A stretch of 64,000 bases of DNA from assembly GCA_963734495.1 (NCBI GenBank), contig CAVTHK010000003.1, positions 352,001 to 416,000 of the forward strand, written 5' to 3'. Below, piece by piece: positions 51,508 through 62,260 of this stretch; the first letter of the stretch is position 1, and each line of letters begins with the position of its first letter. The notes beneath the pieces were generated by a model. That model did not search any database. It saw nothing but the letters and a program-made list of their open reading frames with translations, and was not told where the DNA came from. This stretch comes from an uncultured Spirochaetota bacterium (GTDB taxonomy: Bacteria; Spirochaetota; Spirochaetia; SZUA-6; CAVTHK01). Made by a program: the position numbers and the translations under genes.

Positions 51508-53412
51508 ATGTCAGATCCAAACCAGAAGCAATTCTCGCCGATGGGATTTTTCCGGAAGGGGCAACCGCGTGTGGCCTGGTGGTACGCGGCGGGTGCGATT
51601 CTCCTGATTATCGCCTTGAATTCCTTTCTGGCGCCCAAGTCGAATGAGATCGCTGTCGACTTCAGCACGTTCAAAGGGATGATCCAGAGCGGCGAGATCA
51701 AGCGGGTCGAAATGACCGCCGGCTTCTATCTCGGCTACACGGTCACTCAGGTCAAGTCCCTCGAGAAAGGCGCGGGCGCGGCGCAGGTCTACAGAACGAC
51801 CCCCGTGAACGACCCCAGCTTTGTCAGTCTGCTCGATGCCAAGGGTGTCCAGTACTACGCGGTGCTTCCGGTCGAGCGCCCGGTCCTGGCGATGATCCTG
51901 AGCTGGGGCGTCCCCTTGGCTCTGATGTTTCTCGTGTGGCGGGTGCTCTCGAAGCGCATGCGCTCCATGGGGCAGAACGTGATGAGCTTCGGGCAGAACA
52001 AGTCGCGGATCGTTGCCGAAGGGGACACGAAAGTCCACTTCGGCGACGTCGCCGGAGCGGACGAGGCCAAGGCCGAGCTCGAGGAGGTCGTTGACTTCCT
52101 GAAGAACCCCGATCGCTATAGTGCCATCGGAGGCAGGATCCCCAAGGGGGTTCTCCTGATCGGGGCCCCGGGGACGGGAAAGACCCTGCTGGCTCGCGCG
52201 GTCGCGGGGGAGGCAGGGGTGACCTTCTTCAGGATCAGCGGCTCGGAGTTCGTGGAGATGTTCGTCGGCGTCGGCGCGGCCCGAGTCAGAGACCTTTTCC
52301 AGCAGGCCCGCGCCAAGGCGCCTTGCATCGTCTTCGTCGACGAGCTGGATGCGATCGGCAAGAGCCGCAGTCAGATGCTGTCGAGCAACGATGAGCGGGA
52401 GCAGACTCTGAACCAGCTGCTGGTAGAGATGGACGGATTCGACTCCAAAAAGGGTGTCATCCTGCTGGCGGCTACAAACCGGCCCGAGATCCTCGACCCT
52501 GCGCTGCTGCGGCCGGGTCGATTCGACCGCCAGATCCTGGTGGACAAACCGGACCTCGCAGGGCGCGAAGCGATCCTCCGCCTGCACGGCAAGAATGTGA
52601 AGATCGAAGATACAGTGAACCTCAACGACGTCGCACGCAGGACCGCTGGTTTTGTCGGCGCGGATCTGGCCAACCTCGTGAACGAAGCAGCCATCTGCGC
52701 CGTGCGCGGCGGCCGGCTGACGGTCACGCAGGGCGACTTTGAAACGGCCTTCGAGAGACTGGTCGCGGGACTGGAGAAGAAAAGCCGGCTCATCAGCCCC
52801 GGTGAGCGGAAGATAGTGGCCTATCACGAGAGCGGGCACGCCGTCGTTGCGCAGTTCACCCCGGGTGCCGACCCCGTCGAGAAGATCTCGATCGTACCCA
52901 GGGGCATGAGCGCCCTGGGCTTTACGCTGCAGCTTCCGACCGAGGAGCGCTTCCTCATGACACAGGAAGAGCTGACCGGCAAGATTGACGTCCTTCTCGG
53001 CGGGAGAGCAGCCGAGAAGATCGTCTTCGACGAGATCTCCACGGGTGCATCGAACGACTTGAACAAGGCCACCGACATCGCCCGCCGGATGATCACCGAC
53101 TACGGCATGAGCGAAAAGTTCGAGAATGTGTACCTGCCCTCCAGGAGGCAGAGCCAGTTCCTGGGCGAGGGCAACTACACCGTCGTGCGCGAATACGCCG
53201 AGACCACCCAGCAGTACGTCGACGAGGAAACCGCCCACATCATCGCAGCGCGCTACAAGAAGGTATTGGATCTCCTCAAGAGCAAGCTGAAGCTTCTCGA
53301 CGAAGTGGCGCAGAAGTTGTTGGCAGAAGAAGTCATGGACGGGAAGGAGTTCGTGAGAATCGCGGGGCTGCACTCGGGAGTGCCGTCCTCGCCCGTTCCG
53401 ATGAACAACTGA
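51508..53412 (+). CDS. ftsH: ATP-dependent zinc metalloprotease FtsH
   Basis: Two [42 protein letters not shown]. Confidence 0.96.
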   Translation: MSDPNQKQFSPMGFFRKGQPRVAWWYAAGAILLIIALNSFLAPKSNEIAVDFSTFKGMIQSGEIKRVEMTAGFYLGYTVTQVKSLEKGAGAAQVYRTTPVNDPSFVSLLDAKGVQYYAVLPVERPVLAMILSWGVPLALMFLVWRVLSKRMRSMGQNVMSFGQNKSRIVAEGDTKVHFGDVAGADEAKAELEEVVDFLKNPDRYSAIGGRIPKGVLLIGAPGTGKTLLARAVAGEAGVTFFRISGSEFVEMFVGVGAARVRDLFQQARAKAPCIVFVDELDAIGKSRSQMLSSNDEREQTLNQLLVEMDGFDSKKGVILLAATNRPEILDPALLRPGRFDRQILVDKPDLAGREAILRLHGKNVKIEDTVNLNDVARRTAGFVGADLANLVNEAAICAVRGGRLTVTQGDFETAFERLVAGLEKKSRLISPGERKIVAYHESGHAVVAQFTPGADPVEKISIVPRGMSALGFTLQLPTEERFLMTQEELTGKIDVLLGGRAAEKIVFDEISTGASNDLNKATDIARRMITDYGMSEKFENVYLPSRRQSQFLGEGNYTVVREYAETTQQYVDEETAHIIAARYKKVLDLLKSKLKLLDEVAQKLLAEEVMDGKEFVRIAGLHSGVPSSPVPMNN

Positions 53413-53540
53413 GCGCCGACGGCCGGCTTTCGCCGCGAGCAGCCCCAACGCAGACACCTCATCTGCCGCGAAGTCGTCGCAACTGCGCGTCCGTTACACT
53501 GTCATTGTACCGTAGAACCCTCAGAAAGGAAGGTGAGCGG

Positions 53541-53930
53541 ATGAGACTCGCTGGACTGAGAACCGCCTTGTTGCTCTGTGCGCTCTCGATCACCGCGACC
53601 GGATGCGCTCTGCTCCTGGGTGCAGGCGCCGGCGCCGGCGCCTACGCCTACGTCGAAGGCAACCTGAAGACGACCTACGACGCTGCGCTGCCGCAAGCGT
53701 GGGAGGCGACGCGCCAAGCCCTGCAGCAGCTGGGGATGAAGCCAGACGTCGAGCAACACGACGCATTCAGCGGAGCCCTGAAAGGCAAGATGTCTGACGG
53801 CAGGGAGTTCAACATCGCCGTCACCAAGGTCACCGACACAAGAACTGAAGTCGCCATCCGGATCGGTCTGGGAGACAGGAAGGTTTCCGAGACCATCCAC
53901 GCGAAGATCGCGGCAAATCTCAAGTCATAG
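53541..53930 (+). CDS. DUF3568-like lipoprotein
   Basis: Lipobox ATGC, GAGAGAGAYAYVEG, TEVAIRIG.GD. Confidence 0.8.
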   Translation: MRLAGLRTALLLCALSITATGCALLLGAGAGAGAYAYVEGNLKTTYDAALPQAWEATRQALQQLGMKPDVEQHDAFSGALKGKMSDGREFNIAVTKVTDTRTEVAIRIGLGDRKVSETIHAKIAANLKS

Positions 53931-54050
53931 CCCTCGAGAGGGAACCCATAGAACGGGACTATGCCATCAGCGTTCTATCCCGTGACTCCTCGCCGTGCAC
54001 TGATCACTTGGGAGTGACGCGACGGTCCGAAGTGAGCCTTTTGAAACGGA

Positions 54051-54788
54051 TCACATCGCGACTACGTCGGGGAGCAGGCGACGGAACTCTTTTCTGACAA
54101 CTTCGTAGCACTCGCAAACCCGCGCCTCGAGGCCCGGTCGATCCAGCACGGTGATGCGGCCCCGGCTGTAGTGGATCAATCCGGCACGCTGCAATTGCCC
54201 GGCTGCCTCGGTCACGCCCTCGCGCCGTACTCCCAGCATGTTGGCGATCAGTTCCTGAGTCATGCTCAGCTCGTTCGAGGGCAACCGGTCAAGACTGAAC
54301 AGCAGCCAGCGACAGAGCTGCTGGTCCACAGAATGGTGCCGATTGCAGACCGCGGTCTGCGCCATCTGGGCCAGCAGGGCCAGGATATAGCGCAACAACA
54401 GATGCTGCAGACTCCCTGGGCGGTTGAATTCCTGCCTAAGCAACTGTCCGTTCAGCCGATAGGCGTGGCCCGCGCTCTGCACCACGGCCCGATTCGGCAT
54501 GGTTTCGCCGCCCATGAACACGGCGACGCCTACGATACCCTCGTTGCCGACCACAGCGATTTCGGCGGACGCGCCATTCTCCATCACGAACAGCAGGGAC
54601 ACGATGGCGGTGGTAGGGAAGTAGACGTGACTCATCCGGTCCCCGGACTCGTAGAGGGCCTTACCGAGCGGCAGCGGGACCAGTTCCAGGTGACGAGAAA
54701 GGCGCTCGTATTCGGACTCGGGCAGGACGGCGAGCAGATGGTTTTGTCGTGGGTCGGCGGGTTTTGGTGGGCTGGGCACAATAGCCAT
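54051..54788 (-). CDS. Crp/Fnr-family transcriptional regulator
   Basis: NHLLA.LP, VYFPT, VGNEG, QTAVCNRHHSVDQQLCRWLL, TQELIANMLGVRREGVT HTH, CECY. Confidence 0.93.
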   Translation of the reverse strand: MAIVPSPPKPADPRQNHLLAVLPESEYERLSRHLELVPLPLGKALYESGDRMSHVYFPTTAIVSLLFVMENGASAEIAVVGNEGIVGVAVFMGGETMPNRAVVQSAGHAYRLNGQLLRQEFNRPGSLQHLLLRYILALLAQMAQTAVCNRHHSVDQQLCRWLLFSLDRLPSNELSMTQELIANMLGVRREGVTEAAGQLQRAGLIHYSRGRITVLDRPGLEARVCECYEVVRKEFRRLLPDVVAM

Positions 54789-54871
54789 GAGCAACCTCCC
54801 AAAATCGTCTGTCGAAATCGTGTGGCCAGAGTTTTGTGGCCGCAAATGATCCTGTCAAGACCCCCGTTTCA

Positions 54872-54890
54872 TGTGCGATGGCGTACCGAC
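54872..54890. promoter_or_regulatory. Candidate Crp/Fnr-type box 1
   Basis: TGTGCG-ATGG-CGTACC-GAC. Confidence 0.55.
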
Positions 54891-55055
54891 CGAACGCGGC
54901 GTCCAGTGCAATTCCTCGATTCTTGCTATGGCGCGCGGCAGCCACGTGCGCTGCTCTGTCAAGCTGGGTGCGATCGGCTGGGCTTCACCCTGAGAAAATC
55001 CAGGTCAGGTCCGCTGCCAATATCACAGACGGTCCCTTTCAGTGACTTCAATTGA

Positions 55056-55076
55056 TCTGTACGCTACCGAACAGAC
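55056..55076. promoter_or_regulatory. Candidate Crp/Fnr-type box 2
   Basis: TC-TGTACG-CTAC-CGAACA-GAC, about 60 nt upstream of the 55134 start. Confidence 0.65.
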
Positions 55077-55133
55077 GCCTGCCACGGCATGCAGTAGGGT
55101 TCTGTCAACATAGGGGTAAAGAGGAGAATCATC

Positions 55134-55325
55134 ATGCCGTTGACTCAGTTCGTGATTGTCCTGGTCGTTTTGGGGGTACTGCTGTGGGCGATCAATAGGT
55201 ATATACCCATGGACGCTACCATCAAGAAAATCCTGAATGTGGTTGTCGTTCTTGTCGCGGTTTTTTTCGTATTGCGTGCCTTCGGAGTCCTGGATTCCCT
55301 GTCAGGAATTCGTGTTCGTCTGTGA
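55134..55325 (+). CDS. Small 2-TM membrane protein (Thivi_2564-like)
   Basis: GVLLWAINRYIPMDATIKKILNVVVV; GAGGAG RBS. Confidence 0.85.
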   Translation: MPLTQFVIVLVVLGVLLWAINRYIPMDATIKKILNVVVVLVAVFFVLRAFGVLDSLSGIRVRL

Positions 55326-55420
55326 CGGTGATCCGGTACAGAGCCGTTGCTCATGCCTGACCGGGCAATTTGACTCCGGCAGCTTGCCGGATCACGAATC
55401 CGGAACTGGAGCAAGCCCAA

Positions 55421-55708
55421 ATGCTTACCAGAGACCAGTATGTGGCAAGACTGAAGAAACAGCTTGATGAGTGGAACGCAGAGATTGACACCTTGGAGGT
55501 GATGGCGCACAAAACCAGGGAGGACGCTAAGGCGAAAGTTCAGGAGCAACTCAGGGCACTGCACAGCAAGCGTCTGGAAGGCCAGAAGAAACTGGAGGCT
55601 ATCAAGGCCGCGACTGGAGACTCCTGGGAGCAACTCAAAGCAGAAACCGAGAATGTCTGGGAAGCACTCAAGGATTCCGTGCATGCGTTCAAAGCGCATT
55701 TCCAATGA
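55421..55708 (+). CDS. Small coiled-coil stress-associated protein
   Basis: RDQYVARLKKQLDEWNAEID.LE...DSWEQLK...ENVW. Confidence 0.8.
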   Translation: MLTRDQYVARLKKQLDEWNAEIDTLEVMAHKTREDAKAKVQEQLRALHSKRLEGQKKLEAIKAATGDSWEQLKAETENVWEALKDSVHAFKAHFQ

Positions 55709-55782
55709 TTCGCCCAATCATAGAGGTACCTTTCGCTGGTGGCATGTAGTCTGAACCGAAACAACAGTCAAGGGGGACAAAC

Positions 55783-56235
55783 ATGAAGCGTCTGGGAGTT
55801 GCTGTGGCCGTCCTGGTTCTGATTGCCGTTGCGGCGCCGCTGTTCGCCGAAAGCGCGACGACCAGGTGGGAGAATCGTCTCAAGGAATACTTCAATGACC
55901 TGTTGCTCAAAGTGGAGCAGACCAAGGACCCTGCGGAGAAGCGGGCCTTGCTCAACGAGAGCCTCGAGCGGTTCCTGACGGCGATGGACCGGATCCAGGG
56001 ACTTCCTCTCCTTAATCAGGAGCAGCGGGAGGCGACGGCCCGTTTCACCGCCACGGTGCAGGAAAAGCGCGATGAGCTCAACGGCGCCGCCGGCTTCGCG
56101 ATGGTGGCCAACGCGGATCTGAACGACTTCGCCGCGTACATGGTGCAGGACCTGGAGCAGGCCGCGCAAACCTATGTCGTGCTCTCCGGTGTCACGATCA
56201 TCATCATCCTGTTGATCCTGATCCTCCTCCTGTAA
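55783..56235 (+). CDS. Hypothetical exported protein with C-terminal membrane anchor
   Basis: Signal peptide ending PLFA; helical core; ends in IIIILLILILLL. Confidence 0.75.
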   Translation: MKRLGVAVAVLVLIAVAAPLFAESATTRWENRLKEYFNDLLLKVEQTKDPAEKRALLNESLERFLTAMDRIQGLPLLNQEQREATARFTATVQEKRDELNGAAGFAMVANADLNDFAAYMVQDLEQAAQTYVVLSGVTIIIILLILILLL

Positions 56236-56239
56236 CGGC

Positions 56240-57271
56240 TTGGTGTTTCCTAAGTGCCGGGGTGTGCGGCTTGCCGCGGCCCCGGCGTTGCTGCTGCTCG
56301 TCCTCTCCTGTCGGACCGTGTACCCCGCGCTCGAGCTGCCCACCGGCCCGCTTCGCTATGCCCTGGTGTTTGTCATTCATGGAGATGGCAGTTACCTCTT
56401 CCACGACGAAGACGGAAAGCCCCATCAGGCCGATGAGGTGGCTCTGGAGCGGGCCCGCGCCAGCGCCCAAGCGAACCCGGAGGCGGAGGTGTTCGTGTTC
56501 CATCAGCACGACCGCCGTGGTCTGGCTCGGAAGAACGGGACGCTGGAGCTTTATCGCAACGGAACCCATGTCTTGCAGAAAGACTACCGGAGAGCCTCCG
56601 GTGGAATGGAAGCCGAGATCGCGCTCTACCAGGACCTCAGCCGGCTCGAGCACAGCGCCGAGGTGCGGCGCATCTTCTTGTACTTCGGCCACCAGATACC
56701 CGAGCTGCCGCAGCCCGGGTATCACAGCTCCATCCCGAAAGCCTCGTTCGGCCTGGAGCAGGTCGCCGACGGTATGGCGGGGTTCCTTCCTCAGGGCAAG
56801 CGCTTCGACCTGGCCGTGCTGTCCACCTGCAACAACGGCACGCCCACCGCCGTTGCGGCCCTCGCGCCGTGGGCGCGTTACCTGGTGGCCTCTCCGGCGG
56901 ACCTCCATCTCTCTCATCTGGCCACCAGGACGCTGCATCACCTGGAAGGCCGCGAGCCCATGGACCCGGGACTCCTTGCCAACGAGCTCGCGCTCACCGC
57001 TTTTCGGGACCTGACGGAGCGGGTCTCCACCATCGTCACCGTTTCGGTCTACGACATCGACACGCTGGCACCCCGGGTCTCGGAGGCGGCGACGGAGCTT
57101 CGGGCACGCCTTGCCGGCGCCAACGGTCCGCTGGACCTCTACGACTGTGGGGAAGATCCGCGGTTGTCCTGGCTGGCGGGTTTACCCGGGGTCACCATAC
57201 ACTACCGGCCGCCACGCTTCGGACGCGAGCGAAGCAAGGCGACTCACTCGGGTCTTCAGTGCTTCCGCTAG
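56240..57271 (+). CDS. Hypothetical lipoprotein with clostripain/caspase-like (clan CD) motifs
   Basis: LVLSC lipobox; LYFGH, FDLAVLSTCNNGT, ARYLVASP, VSVYD; start codon uncertain. Confidence 0.6.
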   Translation: MVFPKCRGVRLAAAPALLLLVLSCRTVYPALELPTGPLRYALVFVIHGDGSYLFHDEDGKPHQADEVALERARASAQANPEAEVFVFHQHDRRGLARKNGTLELYRNGTHVLQKDYRRASGGMEAEIALYQDLSRLEHSAEVRRIFLYFGHQIPELPQPGYHSSIPKASFGLEQVADGMAGFLPQGKRFDLAVLSTCNNGTPTAVAALAPWARYLVASPADLHLSHLATRTLHHLEGREPMDPGLLANELALTAFRDLTERVSTIVTVSVYDIDTLAPRVSEAATELRARLAGANGPLDLYDCGEDPRLSWLAGLPGVTIHYRPPRFGRERSKATHSGLQCFR

Positions 57272-57474
57272 GAGATAGAGCGAGAGGCATACCGGCATCC
57301 CTCTGCCGTCCGACCCGCTTGACGGGGTTGCTTTCGCATGGAGCATTGGCCTTTGGTATCCAGGGCACCCCCCTCGCAGACGCGAACTCCATCCGCGGTC
57401 GATCGGAAAAGCAGTTGCGCTGACGAGCGTTTCGATTCGACGCCGGCCGGGCTGTCTGCGTGAGTGTTGAAGGG

Positions 57475-58392
57475 ATGGAAGCGCATCATCTGTCAATCGC
57501 TGTCGCATTCGTTGCCTACTCCCTCATGGATCTCGGCAAGGCAGTCCAGAAGCAAGGGCTCGCGACCGCGGGCAAGAGTCGGAGGAGGGGATTCCTCATC
57601 TGGGCAGCCGGCACCGTTTCCACCACTGTGTCCTCGTTCCTGCTCCTGTACGCGGTGAGCCTGGCAAGCATCGTGGTCGTCGGTGCCATGGCCGGCACCG
57701 GGCTCGCGTCGTTGACGCTGTTCTCGGCGCTGGTGCTGAAAGAAAAGGTGGGGCCAAGAGAGCTTGTCGGCGTAGCGGCGATCCTGGCCGGGCCGTTCTT
57801 GCTTGCAAGTGTGCCCCCAGGGGCAGCGGCTACAAGGCCCGTGGTCGAGCACCTGTTCCTTATGATGGCAGGGGTCGTTGGCGGTTACGGCCTGCTGGTG
57901 CTCGTTCTGACAACACGCGGGCGGCGAACAGGTGCCGTTGTCGCCAGTGCCGCCGGCTCTTTGGGGGGATTCACCCTGATATTCCAGAAGGTCTCCACAT
58001 CGGAGCTGGGAAGGGCGAGCTCATTCGTTGCAGGACGAGACCTTTCTGCTGCAAATGATGGGTTGGCCAGCCGGATCCTGGTCGTGCTGGCCAATCCATA
58101 CACTCTCCTGTGGATTGCCCTGTCGATACTTGCCACCTTGGTCCTCCAGCTGTCCTATCGCCACGAAGCAGCCATTCGTATGGTTCCGGCCTTCGGCGTG
58201 CACTACATCCTGATTCCGGTCGTTGGCGGCCTGTTGTTCTTCCGCGAACCTTCCCATCCCCTGCAGTGGCTGGGTATCGGACTCATCCTGCTCGGAGCCG
58301 TTGTCCTGCTCTCTTCCACTGCCCGGGATCCAAAGCCACCGCGCGATACCTCAGACGACGGACCGTCGAAGGCCGCGGCCGCAGCCAGGTGA
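57475..58392 (+). CDS. DMT-superfamily (NIPA/EamA-like) membrane protein
   Basis: GKAVQKQG, LVLKEKVG.RE..G, GLLFFRE, LGIGLILLG; about 9 TM. Confidence 0.75.
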   Translation: MEAHHLSIAVAFVAYSLMDLGKAVQKQGLATAGKSRRRGFLIWAAGTVSTTVSSFLLLYAVSLASIVVVGAMAGTGLASLTLFSALVLKEKVGPRELVGVAAILAGPFLLASVPPGAAATRPVVEHLFLMMAGVVGGYGLLVLVLTTRGRRTGAVVASAAGSLGGFTLIFQKVSTSELGRASSFVAGRDLSAANDGLASRILVVLANPYTLLWIALSILATLVLQLSYRHEAAIRMVPAFGVHYILIPVVGGLLFFREPSHPLQWLGIGLILLGAVVLLSSTARDPKPPRDTSDDGPSKAAAAAR

Positions 58393-58495
58393 TTCGGCTC
58401 GCCGTTTGCTTCGTCGGGGGTCGGGTGTCGAATACCTCGTGCTGCAGAAGCAGTATATTCAATCCATGCTGCCCATACGGGCAACGGAGGCCATC

Positions 58496-59371
58496 ATGTA
58501 TTGGATCTATGGACTTGCCGTCCTTGTTGTCGTGCTTTTCCTTATCGGAATCAGGATCGTGCGGCCCACCAGCAGGGGCCTGGTGGAGCGACTTGGGAAA
58601 TACAGGCGTTTCGCGTCACCCGGTTTCAACTGGATCATCCCTATCGTGGACCGGATGTTCCGGGTCAACATCACCGAGGTCATGGTGAACGCGGAACCGC
58701 AGGAGATCATCACCAACGACAAGCTCAACGCGAGTGTCGACGCACAGGTGTACTTCAAGGTCAAGAACGACGAAGAAAGCGTGAAGAACTCGCAGTACAG
58801 CGTGTTCGACTACAAGTACCAGATCGTCAACCTCGCGCGAACGACGCTGCGCAATATCATCGGCACCATGACGCTCAAGTCCGCGAACAGCGAACGCGGC
58901 AAGATCAACAGCGAGCTGCAGAAGACGATGCGCGACGAAACGTCGCACTGGGGAATCGAGATCGTCAGAACAGAGTTGAAGGAGATCGATCCTCCCAAGG
59001 ATGTCCAGGAGACGATGAACAAGGTCGTGAAGGCCGAAAACGAGAAGGTGGCTGCAGTGGACTTCGCGACTGCCACCGAAACCATGGCGGACGGCGCGCG
59101 AAGGGCAGAGATCAAGAAGGCCGAGGGGGTCAGGCAGGCCAAGATACTCGAAGCCGAGGGCGAGGCGCAGGCCATCAAGCTCGTCAATGAGGCGGCGGAC
59201 AGGTACTTCGTCGGCAACGCCCAATTGATGAGGAGACTGGAAACCGTGGAGAAATCCCTCGCGAACAACGCCAAGATCGTGATTCCAGCGGATTCCGAGC
59301 TCGTGAATGTGATCGGGGAGTTGGCCGGCGTGCTGCCGCTGGCACAGAGAGCTGCCAAGGGGACAACGTAG
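58496..59371 (+). CDS. SPFH/band 7 (QmcA/stomatin-like) protein
   Basis: GGAGG RBS; LVERLGKY, PGFNWIIP, QEIITND, TTLRNIIG, WGIEI, EAEGEAQAI. Confidence 0.93.
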   Translation: MYWIYGLAVLVVVLFLIGIRIVRPTSRGLVERLGKYRRFASPGFNWIIPIVDRMFRVNITEVMVNAEPQEIITNDKLNASVDAQVYFKVKNDEESVKNSQYSVFDYKYQIVNLARTTLRNIIGTMTLKSANSERGKINSELQKTMRDETSHWGIEIVRTELKEIDPPKDVQETMNKVVKAENEKVAAVDFATATETMADGARRAEIKKAEGVRQAKILEAEGEAQAIKLVNEAADRYFVGNAQLMRRLETVEKSLANNAKIVIPADSELVNVIGELAGVLPLAQRAAKGTT

Positions 59372-59405
59372 CGCGCATCGTCGCGGTCCTCTGCTTCCGG
59401 CACGA

Positions 59406-61952
59406 TCACCGCTGCCAGAGGATGTGAGCGGCCTCCAGCGGCACCGCGACGCCGTGGTGGTGCGGTATCACTCGTGCCGTGTAGTCCGTCGCCGGGCGTG
59501 TCGCAGGCACGGTCGCGTAGTAGATGTACCCGTCGGCAGAATCTCCACGTTGCCGGTGGCGTCTCATCTCCTGGCGCGCCCGGCTGTGGCCGCCGAGCTC
59601 GTCGGCGTAGAGCTCGACGCGCACCGCATCAGGGTCGAGATCACCGAGATAGACCCGCACTTCGAATGTGTGGTCCTGAGCGTCAGTCCTGACTTTTGCG
59701 TCGCCGAATCTCAGCGTAGCCCATTTCCGCTCCAGAGTGTGCCGCCAATCGACCACCCGCCTGGCCGCTGCGCCCTTATCGGCGGCGCGCTCACGGTAGG
59801 CTGCGGCAGCGGGGAGGTAGTGCTGCTCTGTGTATTCGCGCACCGTGCGGTCGGCGCAAAAGCGCGGCGTCAGCCGTGCCATGCTCTCACGCACGCGCCT
59901 CACCCAGGCGGCAGGAATGCCCCTCTTGTCGCGGGCATAGAACTCGGGGATCACCTCGTTCTCGAGGAGCCGGTAGAGCTCTTCGGCTTCCGCGGCATCC
60001 CAGGCGGGATCATCGCCATGCTCCTGTCCGTCACCCAACGCCCACCCCACCTCAGGCGAGTAGGCTTCCGCCCACCAGCCATCCAGCTCCGACAGATTGA
60101 TGCCGCCGTTGACGAGCACCTTCATGCCGCTCGTTCCGCTGGCCTCCCAGGGCCTCCGCGGCGTGTTGATCCAGACATCCACTCCTTGCACGAGGTGCTC
60201 GGTCAGAAGCATGTCGTAGTCACTGAGGAAGATCGCATGGGGACGCGTCTCGGGCCGCCGGATGAAGCGCGTCCATTCCTGGATCAAGGCCTGCCCCGCC
60301 TGGTCCGCCGGATGGGCTTTGCCGGCAATGATGAGCTGTACCGGGCGCTGAGGATCGGTCAGCAGGCGAAGCAGCCTCTGCGGATCGTGCAGCAGCAGGT
60401 TTGGCCGCTTGTATGTGGCGAAGCGGCGCGCAAAGCCCAACGTCAACGCGTTGGGATCGAACAGGCGCTTCGCCTCTTCTACCGATTCCCCGGTCGCACC
60501 GGACATGGTCAATTGACGGGCCAGGCGTTCGCGCGCGTACTCAACGAGGGACGTCCGGGCGGTCGTCCGCATCCGCCACAGCCTGGCGTCAGAGACGCTG
60601 CGGATGTCTCGCTCCAGGGTTGTTTTCGTTCCCAGCCAGCGATCCTTTCCACAAGCCTCCATCCAGAGATCGTCGGCCGCAGCCGAATCCCAGCTCGGCA
60701 TGTGGACTCCGTTGGTGATGTGTCCGACCGGCACTTCGTCTTGCGGCCAGTTCGGAAAGAGGGGCTGCAGGATGCGGCGGCTCACCTTTGCGTGCAGGCG
60801 ACTCACGCCGTTGACCGCCCCGCTCCCGCGGATCGCCAGATAGGCCATGTTGAAGCTTTCCGTCGGGTCGTTCGGGTCCCGGCGGCCAAGAGCCAGGAGA
60901 TCCCGGAGTGTGATGCCGAGCTTTTTCTCGGCATAACCACCGAGGTATTGCTCGATGAGTGCTGGAGCGAACCGGTCGAAGCCTGCGGCCACCGCCGTGT
61001 GGGTGGTGAACAGGTTGCCCACCCGCGTGACGGCCAGCGCGACTTCAAAGGGCTGGCCGGTCGCCTGCATGAAGTCGCGGGCGCGCTCCAGCACGGCGAA
61101 AGCCGCGTGTCCCTCGTTCAGGTGACAGACCTCGGGTTGGATGCCCAGCGCCGAAAGCAGCCGCCATCCGCCGATCCCCAGTACGATCTCCTGCGTAAGC
61201 CGGAGCTCCGAGGTGCCGCCATATAGCTCACTGGTGATTCCCCGATGAACGGGCAAGCTCGCCGTGTCGTTACTGTCCAGGAGGTAGAGCCTTGCCCTCC
61301 CGACCTGAACCTGCCAGACGCGCAGCCAGACCGAGTAGCCCGGCAACGGGATCTCCAACCGCAACCACTCTCCGTTCGGGCGGCGCAGGGGCGCGATCGG
61401 CAACTGGCCCGGATCGTTGTACGGGAAAAGACACTGTTGTGCACCTTCCTGGTCGATCCACTGGCGAAAATAGCCTTGCTGGTAGAGCAGACCCACGCCG
61501 ATCACCGGCACGCCCAGATCGCTGCAGGCCTTCAACTGATCGCCGGCCACGTTGCCGAGTCCTCCCGAGTAGATGGGGAGAGCTTCGCTCAGCATGAACT
61601 CCATGCTGAAATAGGCGACGCAGGTCAGGGCTGATTGCGGGCAGGTTCGCTGAAACCACGCCGGTGCCTCGGCAGCCTGCCGCTTTTCCTGCAGCAGATC
61701 GTCGACGCTCTTTCGGAAACCGGGCTCGGCTGACACGCGCTCGATCTGGTCCCGGGAAACCGTCTGCAGAACGCCCCAGGGGTTATGCGTGAGCTCCCAG
61801 AGATCGGGATCCAGACGCCGCCAGACTTCGTCCGCCGCGTGATTCCACGACCAGCGCATGTCCAGGGCCAGCTCGGCCAGCGAGTCGAATCCCTCGACCT
61901 CCGCAGGCAGGAGACCGTATATCGGGTGGCTGACACGCCCGCGCTTGCTCAT
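59406..61952 (-). CDS. glgP: Alpha-glucan (glycogen) phosphorylase
   Basis: AYFSMEF, YSGGLG..AGD, HLNEGH, FARRFATYKR, GKAHP, EASGTSGMK, DGWWAE. Confidence 0.95.
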   Translation of the reverse strand: MSKRGRVSHPIYGLLPAEVEGFDSLAELALDMRWSWNHAADEVWRRLDPDLWELTHNPWGVLQTVSRDQIERVSAEPGFRKSVDDLLQEKRQAAEAPAWFQRTCPQSALTCVAYFSMEFMLSEALPIYSGGLGNVAGDQLKACSDLGVPVIGVGLLYQQGYFRQWIDQEGAQQCLFPYNDPGQLPIAPLRRPNGEWLRLEIPLPGYSVWLRVWQVQVGRARLYLLDSNDTASLPVHRGITSELYGGTSELRLTQEIVLGIGGWRLLSALGIQPEVCHLNEGHAAFAVLERARDFMQATGQPFEVALAVTRVGNLFTTHTAVAAGFDRFAPALIEQYLGGYAEKKLGITLRDLLALGRRDPNDPTESFNMAYLAIRGSGAVNGVSRLHAKVSRRILQPLFPNWPQDEVPVGHITNGVHMPSWDSAAADDLWMEACGKDRWLGTKTTLERDIRSVSDARLWRMRTTARTSLVEYARERLARQLTMSGATGESVEEAKRLFDPNALTLGFARRFATYKRPNLLLHDPQRLLRLLTDPQRPVQLIIAGKAHPADQAGQALIQEWTRFIRRPETRPHAIFLSDYDMLLTEHLVQGVDVWINTPRRPWEASGTSGMKVLVNGGINLSELDGWWAEAYSPEVGWALGDGQEHGDDPAWDAAEAEELYRLLENEVIPEFYARDKRGIPAAWVRRVRESMARLTPRFCADRTVREYTEQHYLPAAAAYRERAADKGAAARRVVDWRHTLERKWATLRFGDAKVRTDAQDHTFEVRVYLGDLDPDAVRVELYADELGGHSRARQEMRRHRQRGDSADGYIYYATVPATRPATDYTARVIPHHHGVAVPLEAAHILWQR

Positions 61953-62260
61953 GGCCGCTCCTTGAAATGCCCGCAACGCTCGCCAGGCATCCTGGCCTGC
62001 CCTGACGAACAGTATAGCGAGCGATCGCCACCGTGGTCACCTCGAGTACCGAGCGGGACTTCCGGACGTGAGACGGCGTGCTGCCTCTCTGTTAACACTA
62101 TCAGGGTGACTCCTTGCACTCCTTACTGCCCTTGCTGGATACTGGAAGAGGTCGGGAGCCGTCCAGACGGTCGGGCGTACGGACTGAGACCAATCCTCAA
62201 AAGGCCCCGGCGTTGACGCCTTGATGGCGGCGGTTCATGTTGCGGGCGGCGGAGGGACCG

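Noticed and set aside
57410-57430. Third Crp-type box (GTTGCG-CTGA-CGAGCG), and a half-site near 62005
   Set aside because: Too degenerate to support without a position-weight scan
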